Below, piece by piece: positions 42,837 through 53,176 of a DNA stretch of 64,000 bases. The stretch spans positions 671-64,670 of the forward strand of contig JAYOEZ010000008.1 in the NCBI GenBank assembly GCA_038116985.1. Reading direction: 5' to 3'. The notes below the pieces were generated by a model. The model had not been told where the DNA came from and did no database searches. It was given only the letters and a program-made list of their open reading frames with translations. A program made the position numbers and the translations under genes. The stretch comes from Alphaproteobacteria bacterium (GTDB lineage: Bacteria; Pseudomonadota; Alphaproteobacteria; SHVP01). Within the stretch, counting starts at the first letter, position 1; each line of letters starts with the position of its first letter.

Positions 42837-44045
42837 CTAGCGAACGTAGATGTGCACCTCGTTGGTGAACGCATCTGCGCTCGACGACGAAGAGAGTTGC
42901 ACTCGATTCGCTGGTAGCCCCATGTCGGTCAGTGAGCGGAGAACGCGCTCTGCGTTGTCCTTGGAGCGCGACGTATTGAGCGCCAACTCGGCAGGTGTGC
43001 CGCGGTTGGGCGCGACCGCGACAAGATCGAACTGCGACTGCGGGCGTTGCTCAAGTGTCCGGCTGATCGCCGAGAACAAAGCTTGCTCATAGGGAACGTC
43101 CGGTCGGTCGAAGCGAATCACCACAAGCGGCCGGCGGCTGGCGAACTGGCTGTTGCGGTTTGACGCGCCGGCAGCCTGGGGCGGTGTGCTCGACAGCGGT
43201 GCCGCGGTTGTGAAGGCCCGGTTGGCAAGGCTCGGACCAAGTAACTCGCCGTTCTTGATCGCCAGCGACAGAGTTGTGAGGTTGGCTCGCTCGTTGCCGA
43301 CATAGGCGGTCTGGCGGCTCACGTCCTCGCTGAGTTCGTTCAGTAGGCGATCAATCAGCACGACGGTCCGGTTGGTCTCGTCTTCGAGGATCACGAGCTG
43401 GCGGTGGTCCTCGTCAATGGCGCCCGAGAGACCGAACGCCGCCCGCGTGCTTTCCAGCACGAACGAGGCGAACGCCGAATCCGAGGCGACCGAATTGGCC
43501 AGGCTGTTAAGCTGGTTGATGTCGCTGCCGAGCCGGTCGAGTTCGGCCTGGGCGAGGTTCCACTGGTTGACCAGAACCGGGTTGCCCGGAGTGGTGCCGA
43601 CCTGCAGTCGCGCCGAAATCGCGGCGATCGTGCCGTGATAACGCTGCGAGGTCGCGGCAAGCTGTTCGCGAATGCCCTGCAGGCGCTGGTTCTGCTGCAC
43701 GATGTTGGACTGAAGCTGGCTCAACTCGGTACGCAGCTGGGCGACCTTCTGGCCCACGAAGGTGCCGGTGTTGACGCCAGGCGTCACCGGCGGCGGGTTG
43801 AAGTTGGACGTGCCGAGGGCCGGCGGTGGTGCGGGGCTCACTGGCGCCGGTGCAACGCCCGTCGCTGGAGCTTGCGCCAACTGTACGTTGTCGCTGCTGG
43901 ACTGCGCCGGCGCACTGAGCGCCGCGTCGCGATCGTCGTCCCGGCCAGGGAAAACCGCGTCCGAAACGAAGGAGCAGCCGCCGAGCGCAAAAACCAACGC
44001 GAGGGCGACCGTTGAGTATTTCCCTACCATGCCAGGCAACACCAT
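42837..44045 (-). CDS. Hypothetical lipoprotein with Pro/Ala-rich linker, coiled-coil region and degenerate OmpA-like C-terminus
   Basis: Lipobox LVFALGGCS. Heptad-like Q/L-rich segment (LRTELSQLQSNIVQQNQRLQGIREQL). C-terminal NAERVLRSLTDMGLPANRVQL...NEVHIYVR resembles an OmpA_C fold but lacks its usual core motif. Start at 44045 or 44030. Confidence 0.6.
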   Translation of the reverse strand: MVLPGMVGKYSTVALALVFALGGCSFVSDAVFPGRDDDRDAALSAPAQSSSDNVQLAQAPATGVAPAPVSPAPPPALGTSNFNPPPVTPGVNTGTFVGQKVAQLRTELSQLQSNIVQQNQRLQGIREQLAATSQRYHGTIAAISARLQVGTTPGNPVLVNQWNLAQAELDRLGSDINQLNSLANSVASDSAFASFVLESTRAAFGLSGAIDEDHRQLVILEDETNRTVVLIDRLLNELSEDVSRQTAYVGNERANLTTLSLAIKNGELLGPSLANRAFTTAAPLSSTPPQAAGASNRNSQFASRRPLVVIRFDRPDVPYEQALFSAISRTLEQRPQSQFDLVAVAPNRGTPAELALNTSRSKDNAERVLRSLTDMGLPANRVQLSSSSSADAFTNEVHIYVR

Positions 44046-44372
44046 CTAGATATGCATGTTGAAGGCGAACAATCCCGAAAGACTCGCACTAGTCATCTGT
44101 CCCGCCACAGAGATCATTTCTTGAGATTATCCAACAATCTACAGGTAATACGGGGCAACTGACTTGAACTTTATTGAACGCCCGCGATCTTAACCAAATG
44201 GGGACCGAAGCCACAAGCGATTTTGCCTGCGATCCCTAGTATTTAGCAGGTTTCGGCGTCAATGACAGCGACCTGGGACCCATTTAGCGGCTACGGCAAG
44301 GCTTCTTGCCTGCCAACCCCATATTGATTAGGTTCCTGCCTCCTCGCCGCTGGACCCAAGTGCGGCGATCCA

Positions 44373-44449
44373 GGCGCCTGTAGCTCAGCTGGATAGAGCA
44401 CTAGACTACGAATCTAGGGGTCGGGAGTTCGAATCTTCCCAGGCGCGCC
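44373..44449 (+). tRNA. tRNA-Arg (anticodon ACG)
   Basis: Cloverleaf by hand: acceptor GCGCCTG/CAGGCGC, D arm GCTC-AGCTGGATA-GAGC, anticodon arm CTAGA-CTACGAA-TCTAG, T arm GGGAG-TTCGAAT-CTTCC, encoded CCA. Confidence 0.95.
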
Positions 44450-44524
44450 ACCTCCCCAGCCGACCCGTAGCGGATCGATAGGCCTGCCATTATGGTGGCC
44501 CGGTATGTGGTAGGGAGGGGCGTC

Positions 44525-45973
44525 ATGGCTCACAGCAGTTCTCACTATTCCCTTATGGTGCCGGGCGTTTCGACTGCAGCGGTCCAGAAAGAAGTCTATG
44601 CGCCCTACGACCGCGGCGTCATCGCCACGGTCGACGCGGCCGGCGCGGAAACAGTGGAACGGGCGCTGACCAGCGCCCACGCTATGTTCCGCAACCGTGA
44701 CGCCTGGCTTGGCAAGGCCCGGCGGATCGAGATCCTGACCCGCGCTGCAGAAATCATGAAAGAGCAGGTCGAGCACCTCGCGCTCGAAGCAGCTCGCGAA
44801 GGCGGCAAGCCGCTGGTCGATTCGCGCGTCGAGGCGGTGCGTGCGATCAACAGCGTCGAGGTCTGCGTCGACACGATCAAGCACGACGCCGGCGAGGTCA
44901 TTCCGATGAACCTCAATGCCGGGTCGGCCAACCGGTTTGCAGCCACCACGGTCGAGCCCATTGGCGTGGTGGTCGCGGTGAGCGCGTTCAATCATCCGCT
45001 CAACCTTATTGCGCACCAGGTCGCGCCGGCGATCGCGTCGGGTTGTCCCGTGATCGTGAAGCCGTCGGAAGACACACCGCTCTCCTGTATCCGCTTCGTC
45101 GAGATTCTGCGCCAGGCCGGGCTGCCCGAGGAATGGTGCCAGGTGACGGTTACTGAAAACCGCGATGTCGCCACGGCGTTGGTCACCGATCCCCGCGTCG
45201 CGTTCTTCAGCTTCATCGGCAGCCCCGGCGTCGGCTGGTCGCTGCGCTCCCAGTTAGCGCCGGGCACGCGCTGTGCGCTCGAGCATGGCGGTGCGGCGCC
45301 CGTCATCGTAGGCCCCGACGCGGACTTTGCCGACATCGTGCCGCCGCTTCTCAAGGGTGGGATGTATCACGCCGGACAGGTCTGCGTGTCCGTCCAACGC
45401 ATCTTCGCCCACGAGAGTCTGGCGCGAAATCTCGCCGAGGCGCTCGCCGACGGCGCCGAAAAGCTCATCGTCGGCGACCCGACGCGCGAAGACACCGAGG
45501 TCGGTCCGCTGATCCGCCCGCGCGAGGTCGAGCGTGTCCACGAATGGTCGAGCGAGGCCGCGGACCGCGGCGGCGAGATCCTTTCGGGCGGCGAGCCGCA
45601 GGAACACAACTGTTACGGGCCGACGGTGATCTTCGATCCGCCCGACGACGTAAAGGTGTCCAAGATGGAAGTCTTCGGCCCCGTCATTTGCGTCTATCCC
45701 TATGACGACATGGACGAGGCGATCGATCGCGCCAATGCCTTGCCCTTCGCTTTCCAGGCCTCTGTCTTCACGAAGGATATCGACCGCGCGATGCGCGCCT
45801 ATTCACGCCTCGACGCATCGGCGGTGATGATCAACGACCAGACGGCGTTCCGTGTCGACTGGATGCCGTTTGCCGGACTGCGCCAGTCGGGCCTAGGCGT
45901 GGGCGGCATCCCCCATACCATGCACGACATGCAGATTCGCAAGATGATGGTTCTGAAGTCTCCGGAACTCTAG
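44525..45973 (+). CDS. Aldehyde dehydrogenase family protein
   Basis: ALDH fold with EHGG (Glu site) and catalytic Cys GQVCVSVQR. GGGAGGGG SD before ATG 44525. Confidence 0.85.
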   Translation: MAHSSSHYSLMVPGVSTAAVQKEVYAPYDRGVIATVDAAGAETVERALTSAHAMFRNRDAWLGKARRIEILTRAAEIMKEQVEHLALEAAREGGKPLVDSRVEAVRAINSVEVCVDTIKHDAGEVIPMNLNAGSANRFAATTVEPIGVVVAVSAFNHPLNLIAHQVAPAIASGCPVIVKPSEDTPLSCIRFVEILRQAGLPEEWCQVTVTENRDVATALVTDPRVAFFSFIGSPGVGWSLRSQLAPGTRCALEHGGAAPVIVGPDADFADIVPPLLKGGMYHAGQVCVSVQRIFAHESLARNLAEALADGAEKLIVGDPTREDTEVGPLIRPREVERVHEWSSEAADRGGEILSGGEPQEHNCYGPTVIFDPPDDVKVSKMEVFGPVICVYPYDDMDEAIDRANALPFAFQASVFTKDIDRAMRAYSRLDASAVMINDQTAFRVDWMPFAGLRQSGLGVGGIPHTMHDMQIRKMMVLKSPEL

Positions 45974-45995
45974 CTCCGCAAAAGAAGCTCGAACT

Positions 45996-48206
45996 CTAGC
46001 CGTCGACCGAGAACGTCGCCGGTGGCCGTCCCTCGGCGGCCATGCGGTGCATGGTCTGCAACGCCGTCTCGAGATGGGCGGTCAGCGCCTCCGGGTCAAA
46101 CAACGGCGTCGTGGGCACCGTCTGCCGCACCGTTTGCTTGATGGTGGCGAGAGCCGCGGAGTCGTTCGCTAGCGTGATGGCGAGCTGTTCATACTCTTCC
46201 AGCGAAGCCGCGATCAAATCGCTCAATCCGGCGGAAGCCAGGATCGACGCCCCGGTCCGCGCGGTCTGATTTTCTCCGGCCAGAGTGACCACGGGCGTTC
46301 CGGCGATCAGCGCGTCGATCGTGGTGACGCCGCCGGCGTGGTTGAACGTGTCCAATGCGATGTCGGCGAGTTGGTGGCGTGAAAGATGTGCGTCGCGCGG
46401 CAGCCTGTCCGAGAACACTAGACGGTCGGCGGCAACATCGGCGTTCGTGGCGAGATCGCGCAGCCGCGCCGCCACGCGCTCATTGGCCCCGCGCAACCAG
46501 AGAACGCTGTCCGGCACCGCGCCGAGAATCCTCAGCCAGGATGCGAAGGCGGCCGGTTCGATCTTGTAGGACGCATTGAAGCAGGCGAACACGATCCCAG
46601 TCTCGGGAACGTCTGCCGCGGATCGAGCCGGCGGCGACTGCGGCGGGGCATAGCTCGCGCCCATGAACGACTGCGGCAGGATGGCGAGCGCCTCGTGGCA
46701 GTGAGGTTCGAGTTCGCGCGGCGTGTGTATGCGGTCGGTGATCAGCCAGGGAATGAAGTCCGCACCGACCGTGGCGCCATAGCCGAGATAGTGCGCCTGA
46801 ACCGGCGCTGGCTCGCGCGCGAACAGGTCGAGAGCGTTGTTGCGGGTGTGTCCAGCGAGATCGACGAGAACGTCGACGCCGTCCGCACGAATTTTCTCGG
46901 CAGCCTTCTCGACGCTGCAACTCCTGATGTCGACAAATGCGTCGAACGCATCCGCCATCGTTGACGCGGTGCCGTCGTTGCTTCTGGGGCTGGTCGAATA
47001 GCCGACCCACTCATGACGGCGCGGCGCGTTTACCAATCCGGAAAACGACATCGCCAGGCTGTGGGTTCTGAAGTCTGGTGATACGAAGCCGATCTTGAGC
47101 TTTCGGGTTGCCGCTGGTCGGGGTCGATAGAGTGTGTGGTGCGCGTGCGTCCCGGCCGAACGCTTCGCCGCCTGAAGTCGGGCCTCTGGTCCGATCTCTG
47201 TACCGGCAAGTGCGAAGGGCGGCACCACGAAGCCTCGAGCAATCTCGCCCTTGATCGCCTCGATGAGTTCGGCTTCGCCGTCCCAAAGGCATTCGTGTCG
47301 CCGCGAGTGCAGGAGGTAGGCATGGACACCGCCGATGTCGGGCTTCAGTTCGAGCGTTTTCTCGTAGAACTGAATTGCTTCGAGGTGACGACCGAGGGAT
47401 TGCAGGATGTGAGCATGGTTGAGTGCCGCGTCCGCCGAGTGCGGGCTCAACTCGATGGCACGACGCGACACCTCCAGCGCGCCTGCATGATCGCCACTGC
47501 ACTGAAGCGACACCGCGAGGTTGCCCCATGCCGTGGCATCGTCAGGCCTCGCCCGCGTGATCTTCTCGAAATGCTGAATGGCGCGCGAATGCTCGCCCAG
47601 CATTTGAAAGGCGAGTCCAAGCCCGTTGCTGGCAGCGGGGAGACTCGACGATCGGTCGACTGCTTCTTTGAAAGCCGCCTGCGCCTCCGCCGGTTTGCGT
47701 TGATCAAGCAGGCAATGGCCGAGGTTGACGAAAACGCCCGGCGGGCAGGCATCGTTGCGCAAGGCCGTCTCGTAGAGGGCCTGCGCTGACTGCAGGTCGC
47801 CCGATGCGCTCAACGCGTTGCCGAGTACGGTCAGCGCCTGGGGGTCATCCGGCGCCAATCGACAGGCTTCTCGCGCGGCGGCGAGCGCATCCTCGTCCTT
47901 TCCGTTCCGCAGGGCCGCGGTGGCAAGATTGATATGCACTGCTGCCACCTGGGGCGCGAGGTGCGCAGCGGTCCTGAAGTGCCGCAGCGCGTCATCCGAA
48001 CGGTCGTCAGCCAGGAGCCAGCATCCCAGGGTAAAGGCCACCTCGGCGTCGTGTTCGCCGCAGCCGGCCTCTGACAACATTGAGATCGCTTGAGCGCGCT
48101 GGCCGCCCGCCGCGAGCGCGCGGGCTGCGGCCAGTGTCTCCGCAGGCGGGGCAACGTGGGCCGCGCCCGAATCAGGGGGGGCGTCCGTGCGGGCATCCTG
48201 GCGCAT
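45996..48206 (-). CDS. TPR-repeat protein fused to GT41 (O-GlcNAc transferase / SPINDLY-like) glycosyltransferase domain
   Basis: About 330 aa of TPR repeats, then a GT41-like catalytic region (KIGFVSPDFRTHS..., VFACFNASYKI, DTFNHAGGVTTIDAL). Confidence 0.8.
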   Translation of the reverse strand: MRQDARTDAPPDSGAAHVAPPAETLAAARALAAGGQRAQAISMLSEAGCGEHDAEVAFTLGCWLLADDRSDDALRHFRTAAHLAPQVAAVHINLATAALRNGKDEDALAAAREACRLAPDDPQALTVLGNALSASGDLQSAQALYETALRNDACPPGVFVNLGHCLLDQRKPAEAQAAFKEAVDRSSSLPAASNGLGLAFQMLGEHSRAIQHFEKITRARPDDATAWGNLAVSLQCSGDHAGALEVSRRAIELSPHSADAALNHAHILQSLGRHLEAIQFYEKTLELKPDIGGVHAYLLHSRRHECLWDGEAELIEAIKGEIARGFVVPPFALAGTEIGPEARLQAAKRSAGTHAHHTLYRPRPAATRKLKIGFVSPDFRTHSLAMSFSGLVNAPRRHEWVGYSTSPRSNDGTASTMADAFDAFVDIRSCSVEKAAEKIRADGVDVLVDLAGHTRNNALDLFAREPAPVQAHYLGYGATVGADFIPWLITDRIHTPRELEPHCHEALAILPQSFMGASYAPPQSPPARSAADVPETGIVFACFNASYKIEPAAFASWLRILGAVPDSVLWLRGANERVAARLRDLATNADVAADRLVFSDRLPRDAHLSRHQLADIALDTFNHAGGVTTIDALIAGTPVVTLAGENQTARTGASILASAGLSDLIAASLEEYEQLAITLANDSAALATIKQTVRQTVPTTPLFDPEALTAHLETALQTMHRMAAEGRPPATFSVDG

Positions 48207-48293
48207 CGGCCGAGGATCGCGCGGGTCCGGTTAACCCTTTGCTAATACGCCGTTTTGTGGCCTTCCCGTGTGCGCCGCATCCGGCTGGTTTGA

Positions 48294-48322
48294 TTGACAG
48301 GGCCGGGCGAGACCCCCATATT
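48294..48322 (+). promoter_or_regulatory. Candidate sigma70-type promoter for argD-argF-hslO
   Basis: TTGACA - 17 nt - CATATT, about 50 nt upstream of the argD start. Confidence 0.4.
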
Positions 48323-48374
48323 CTGCGGTTTTCCGAAGACGGTGGCTGCCAGGCCCAAGGGGCAGGAGGGCGCT

Positions 48375-49547
48375 TTGATTTCCGCAGTGATGCCCACATA
48401 CGCGCGCGCAGACGTCTCGTTCGAGCGCGGCGAGGGGCCCTACCTATTCGATGGCGACGGGCGGAAATATCTCGATTTCTCCTCGGGAATCGCGGTGACG
48501 ACGCTGGGCCATGCACATCCGAAACTCGTTGCAGCCCTCAAGAAAGCGGCCGAGGGCGTCTGGCACACCTCCAACCTGTTCCGGATTCGCTCGCAGGAAG
48601 CGCTTGCCGATCTCATCGTCGCCAACAGCTTCGCCGACACCGTGTTTTTCGCCAATTCCGGCGCGGAGGCCGTCGAGTGCGCGATCAAGGTGGCGCGCAA
48701 GTATCAATCGGCGACGGGACATCCGGAGCGCTACCGGATCATCACCTTCGAAGGCGCGTTCCACGGCAGGACGCTCGCCACGCTGGCCGCCGGCAACCAG
48801 AAGAAACATCTCGACGGCTTCGGGCCGCCGGTACAGGGGTTCGATCAGGTCCCGTTGGGAGACTTGGCCGCGCTCGAAGCTGCGATCGGCAGTGAGACAG
48901 CCGCGATCCTCATGGAGCCGATCCAGGGCGAGAGCGGAATCAAGGCGCCGCCGGAAGGGTTCCTGATGGCTGTGCGCGCGTTGGCCGACAAGAACGACAT
49001 TCTGCTCGTCCTCGATGAGGTTCAGACCGGTGTCGGACGGACAGGTCGCCTGTTCGCCCATGAGCACGAAGGCATCACGCCCGACGTGGTGGCGGTTGCC
49101 AAGGCGCTGGGCGGTGGGTTCCCGATTGGCGCCTGCCTGGCGACCGAACGGGCCGCGGTCGGGATGACGGCGGGGTCGCATGGCTCGACGTTCGGTGGCA
49201 ATCCCATGGCGACGTCGATCGGCTTGGCCGTTCTCGAGGAAGTGCTCAAGCCCGGTTTCCTTGACGCGGTGATCACGACCGGCGAGGCGCTGCGCGAAGG
49301 CCTCGAGTGGTTGCGCGAGCGGCACGGCAACAAGGTCTCCGAGGTGCGGGGCAAGGGGCTGTTGGTCGGGCTGAAGTGCACCGGCGACGCCGGTGTCGTG
49401 ATCAACGCGCTGCGTGAGCGCGGCATGTTGGCGGTAATCGCCGGCGACAACGTCGTGCGCCTGCTGCCGCCGCTGATCGTCGAACGCGCGCAGATCGATG
49501 AGGCATTGTCGATTCTCGACGACACCCTCAGCGCCGTCACCTTCTAG
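48375..49547 (+). CDS. argD: Acetylornithine aminotransferase
   Basis: Class III aminotransferase. TTG start 4 nt after GGAGGG gives [24 protein letters not shown]-Lys region [12 protein letters not shown]. Confidence 0.9.
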   Translation: MISAVMPTYARADVSFERGEGPYLFDGDGRKYLDFSSGIAVTTLGHAHPKLVAALKKAAEGVWHTSNLFRIRSQEALADLIVANSFADTVFFANSGAEAVECAIKVARKYQSATGHPERYRIITFEGAFHGRTLATLAAGNQKKHLDGFGPPVQGFDQVPLGDLAALEAAIGSETAAILMEPIQGESGIKAPPEGFLMAVRALADKNDILLVLDEVQTGVGRTGRLFAHEHEGITPDVVAVAKALGGGFPIGACLATERAAVGMTAGSHGSTFGGNPMATSIGLAVLEEVLKPGFLDAVITTGEALREGLEWLRERHGNKVSEVRGKGLLVGLKCTGDAGVVINALRERGMLAVIAGDNVVRLLPPLIVERAQIDEALSILDDTLSAVTF

Positions 49548-49555
49548 CCGGTTCC

Positions 49556-50482
49556 GTGCCTCACTTCACCGACATCGACGCGCTCGACGGCGCGGTTCTG
49601 CGAGGCATTCTCAACGACGCCGCGGCGCGGAAGAGTGCGCGCAAGGGCATGCCGAAGGCATCGCTCGATGCCGACCGGCCCCTCGATGGTCGGATTCTGG
49701 CGATGATCTTCGAGAAGCCTTCGACCCGGACGCGCGCGTCGTTCGATGTCGCCATGCGTCAGCTCGGCGGGCAGACGATCGAGATGAGCGGCACGGAGAT
49801 GCAACTCGGGCGCGGCGAGACGGTCGCGGACACAGCCAGGGTTCTTTCGCGCTACGTCGATGCAATCATGATCCGAACCGACAGTCACGCGACGCTGGAA
49901 GAGCTCGCGGCGAGTGCGGATGTGCCGGTAATCAACGGTCTCACGGACTACAGCCATCCCTGTCAGGTGTTGGGCGACGTCATGACCTTCGAGGAACATC
50001 GCGGCGGCATCGCCGGTCGCAAGGTTGCCTGGGTCGGGGACGGCAACAATGTTGCCGCGAGTTGGATTCACGCGGCGTCGCGGTTCGGCTTCCGGATCGA
50101 TCTGGCATGCCCCGATCAGCTTATGCCGCGCGAGGACGTCCTGCAGAGGGCAAAGGAGGAGCGCGCCGCGGTGCACGTCCATGGCGATGCGAGGGATGCT
50201 GTTGCGGATGCCGATTGCATCGTTACCGACGTCTGGGTATCGATGAGCGACGAATCTGATGGGTCGCGCGCTTCACGGCACAACCTTCTCAGGCCCTATC
50301 AGGTGAACGCCGATCTCATGTCGGCGGCAAAACCCGATGTCTTGTTCATGCACTGCCTTCCGGCACATCGCGGCGAAGAAGTGACCGCTGATGTGATCGA
50401 CGGACCACAGTCGGTGGTTTGGGACGAGGCGGAGAACCGGCTGCATGTGCAGAAAGGTATTCTGGCCTGGTGTCTGAAGTAG
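49556..50482 (+). CDS. argF: Ornithine carbamoyltransferase
   Basis: STRTR, HPCQ and HCLP motifs. Confidence 0.95.
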   Translation: MPHFTDIDALDGAVLRGILNDAAARKSARKGMPKASLDADRPLDGRILAMIFEKPSTRTRASFDVAMRQLGGQTIEMSGTEMQLGRGETVADTARVLSRYVDAIMIRTDSHATLEELAASADVPVINGLTDYSHPCQVLGDVMTFEEHRGGIAGRKVAWVGDGNNVAASWIHAASRFGFRIDLACPDQLMPREDVLQRAKEERAAVHVHGDARDAVADADCIVTDVWVSMSDESDGSRASRHNLLRPYQVNADLMSAAKPDVLFMHCLPAHRGEEVTADVIDGPQSVVWDEAENRLHVQKGILAWCLK

Positions 50483-51402
50483 GCCCGACGCCCGGCGAAG
50501 ACGACCGCATATACCCTTTTCAGGTCGAGGATATTGGGGTCCATGGCCGGCTCGTCCGTTTGGGCGACGCCCTCGATGAAATCTTGGGGACGCACCGCTA
50601 TCCCGATCCCGTGTCGGTGGCCCTGGGCGAGGTCGTGGGTCTCTGCGTCGTGCTGTCGAGCACCCTGAAGTTCGACGGCGTCTTCTCGCTTCAGATTCGC
50701 GGTGATGGGCCCATCAAGGCGGTGGTCGCCGACCTCGAGACGCCGGGCGGTATCCGCGGATATGCGAGCTTCGATGCTGGCGCCGTCCGGTTACTTCCAG
50801 ATCAGGTTGCGCCCCGGCATCTCTTCGGCAACGGGCTTCTCACCTGGACCGTCGATCAGGGGAAACAGACCGAAAGGCACCAGGGAATCGTGCCGCTCGA
50901 AGGCGAGACGCTGGCAGCTTGTGTGGAAGGGTACTTTCGGAGATCTGCGCAGCTACGGGCCGTCGTACGTGTCGGTGTCGCCCGGCACGAGGTTCCCGGT
51001 AGCGCGCCCCGATGGCGGGGCGGCGCCATCATGGCGCAAAACCTGGCGGCCGAAGGCGGGCGCGCCGCGTCGCGCCGCCGGGCACCTGAAGACGATGACG
51101 ACTGGCAAAAGGTTCGCGCCTTGGTTGGCTCGACGACCGTCCTTGAGCTTTGCGATCCGGAACTTCCGCCCAATAGCCTGCTGCGGCGGTTGTTTCACGA
51201 GGATGGCGTGTGGGTTTACGAAACGTCTTCGCTGGCCGCTCGCTGTCGCTGTTCTCGGGAACGCATCGAAACCGTGCTGTCCCAGTTCTCTGCCGAAGAG
51301 GTGGCTGAGATGGTGACGGAAACCGGCGACATCGAAGTACGTTGCGAGTTCTGCAGTAAGGCGTACTCTTTTGATGGGCGGAGCTTTTCGGAAGGAAGGT
51401 AG
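50470..51402 (+). CDS. hslO: Hsp33 family redox-regulated chaperone
   Basis: C-terminal zinc centre CRCSRE...CEFCSKAY. Start uncertain (GTG 50470 preferred over ATG 50419, which overlaps argF by 64 nt). Confidence 0.85.
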   Translation: MSEVGPTPGEDDRIYPFQVEDIGVHGRLVRLGDALDEILGTHRYPDPVSVALGEVVGLCVVLSSTLKFDGVFSLQIRGDGPIKAVVADLETPGGIRGYASFDAGAVRLLPDQVAPRHLFGNGLLTWTVDQGKQTERHQGIVPLEGETLAACVEGYFRRSAQLRAVVRVGVARHEVPGSAPRWRGGAIMAQNLAAEGGRAASRRRAPEDDDDWQKVRALVGSTTVLELCDPELPPNSLLRRLFHEDGVWVYETSSLAARCRCSRERIETVLSQFSAEEVAEMVTETGDIEVRCEFCSKAYSFDGRSFSEGR

Positions 51403-51405
51403 AAG

Positions 51406-52020
51406 ATGCCGGTCGTTGCTGGGCGTTTGGGTTTGCTGGTCGGATGGTCTTCGCTGCCGGTCGTCGGGCTGCTTCTGTTTCTAGCGTCTTGCGCCCAACC
51501 GCTGCCGCCGTCGCCGAAACTCGAACTGACCTACTCCCATCTCGGGCAAATCCGCCTCGATGTTGCCGAGGTCGAGATCGTCGAGAACTACGTTCCTCCG
51601 CTTCGAGAGCCGAACGTCGAGCATCTGATTCCAGTCTCGCCGGCCCAGGCCACACGCCAATGGGCCACCGATCGCCTCTTTGCGGCCGGAACGGGACGCC
51701 GAGCCCATTTCGTGATCGACCAGGCCGAGGTGATAGAAACGAATCTGCCGGTCGAAACCGGGGTTCGCGGCGCGCTGACCGTCGATCAGTCGAGAAGATA
51801 CGACGCCGTCATCGGCGTCGTCCTTGAGATTCGTGATGACCGCGGTTTCAGGCTCGCCTTCGCGTCGGCAAAGGCCGTGCGCAGTCAGACGATCTCCGAG
51901 AATCTCACTTTGCGGGAACGCGACTTGTTGCTCTACCAGATGGTCGAGGCGCTGATCGCGGATCTCAATCGTGAGTTGGAAGGTAAGATCGACGAGTTCT
52001 TGTCTGCCTACATGCTCTGA
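51406..52020 (+). CDS. Hypothetical lipoprotein
   Basis: Signal peptide with lipobox LFLASCAQP. No recognisable catalytic motif. 3 nt downstream of hslO. Confidence 0.55.
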   Translation: MPVVAGRLGLLVGWSSLPVVGLLLFLASCAQPLPPSPKLELTYSHLGQIRLDVAEVEIVENYVPPLREPNVEHLIPVSPAQATRQWATDRLFAAGTGRRAHFVIDQAEVIETNLPVETGVRGALTVDQSRRYDAVIGVVLEIRDDRGFRLAFASAKAVRSQTISENLTLRERDLLLYQMVEALIADLNRELEGKIDEFLSAYML

Positions 52021-53174
52021 TTGGCGGCGTAGTCGATCAACTTGCTGACGAAAAGTTCGCACGCCTGAATCTGACTGATGTCGATGTATTCGTCGGGCTT
52101 GTGCGCCTGAAGGATGCTTCCCGGTCCGCACACGACGGTGGGGACCCCGGCCTCCTGAAAGATTCCGCCTTCCGTCCCGAAACTCACCACGCTCGTCTTG
52201 TTGGTTCCAGACAGGAGCATAGCGAGTGTTTCCGCCGGAGAATCGGCCTCGGCGACGAGAGGTGACACACGGCTTTTGCGCTCGGTCGCGATTTCGGCCT
52301 GTTTGGATACGGCGCGCATCTTGGGAAGCACTGTCTCTGCCGCGAACATCTCAAAGCGTTCGATGATCTCGTTCTCGTCCTCGCCGGGAAGCAGGCGGTA
52401 CTCCCACAAGAACGAACACTCCTTGGGAATGATGTTCAGCGCGGTGCCGCCGCGCACCGTACCGACGTGTACGCTCGTGTAAGGCGGATCGAAATGATGG
52501 TTGTGCGGCCGGTCGTCGCGCCGTTCTCGCGCCAATTCGGACAGGAATGAGATCAGTTCTGCCGCGTACATGACGGCATTAACGCCGATGTGGGTTGCGC
52601 TCGAATGGGCTTCGAAGCCTCGGACCGTCGTGCGGAAACCGAAGACCCCCTTGTGCGCGTTCACCACGCGCATCTCTGTCGGTTCGCCGACAATGACGGC
52701 GCGGGGAAGCGGCGGCTTGGTGGCGATATGCTTGACGATGCCGTGGACACCCAGGCATCCGACCTCCTCGTCGTAGGAGAACGCAAAATGAATCGGCATC
52801 TTCAGATCGGCCTTTGCCATCGCAGGTGCGTGCGATAGCGCGACGGCGATGAAGCTCTTCATGTCGCTCGCGCCGCGACCGAAGACGCGGTTGTCGGCAA
52901 TCCGCGCTTCGAAGGGGTCGCTGGACCAATCCTGGCCGTCGACCGGCACGACATCCGTGTGCCCGGAGAGGACAACGCCCGGAACACCCGGCGGGCCGAT
53001 GGTGGCCCACAGGTTAGCCTTGTTGCCGTCGTCGCTGGTGATCACCTCTACGCCGGTGCCGAGATTGGCGAGGTAGTCGCGGACGAAGCCGATGAGCTCC
53101 AGGTTCGAGTTCCGGCTCGTCGTGTCGTATCCGATGAGAGCCTTCAACAGCTCGATCGTGTTGGTGTGAGACAT
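52008..53174 (-). CDS. argE: Acetylornithine deacetylase-like M20 peptidase
   Basis: [21 protein letters not shown] motifs. Trimmed to ATG 53174, 2 nt after the trkH stop. Confidence 0.75.
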   Translation of the reverse strand: MSHTNTIELLKALIGYDTTSRNSNLELIGFVRDYLANLGTGVEVITSDDGNKANLWATIGPPGVPGVVLSGHTDVVPVDGQDWSSDPFEARIADNRVFGRGASDMKSFIAVALSHAPAMAKADLKMPIHFAFSYDEEVGCLGVHGIVKHIATKPPLPRAVIVGEPTEMRVVNAHKGVFGFRTTVRGFEAHSSATHIGVNAVMYAAELISFLSELARERRDDRPHNHHFDPPYTSVHVGTVRGGTALNIIPKECSFLWEYRLLPGEDENEIIERFEMFAAETVLPKMRAVSKQAEIATERKSRVSPLVAEADSPAETLAMLLSGTNKTSVVSFGTEGGIFQEAGVPTVVCGPGSILQAHKPDEYIDISQIQACELFVSKLIDYAANQSM

Positions 53175-53176
53175 GC

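Noticed and set aside
44373-44449. tRNA-Arg (and tRNA-Gly at 58181..58254) as possible integration sites for a genomic island.
   Set aside because: There is no integrase, no repeat of the tRNA 3' end, and no compositionally foreign gene block. Ordinary metabolic genes begin 75 nt and about 24 nt downstream.
45965-46000. A 10-bp direct repeat GAACTCTAGC occurs twice, 26 bp apart, carrying the stop codons of the convergent aldehyde dehydrogenase and TPR-GT41 genes.
   Set aside because: It is short enough to be coincidence, and I could not fold the 22-nt spacer into a convincing hairpin. It is noted only as part of the general CTAG-at-gene-ends pattern.
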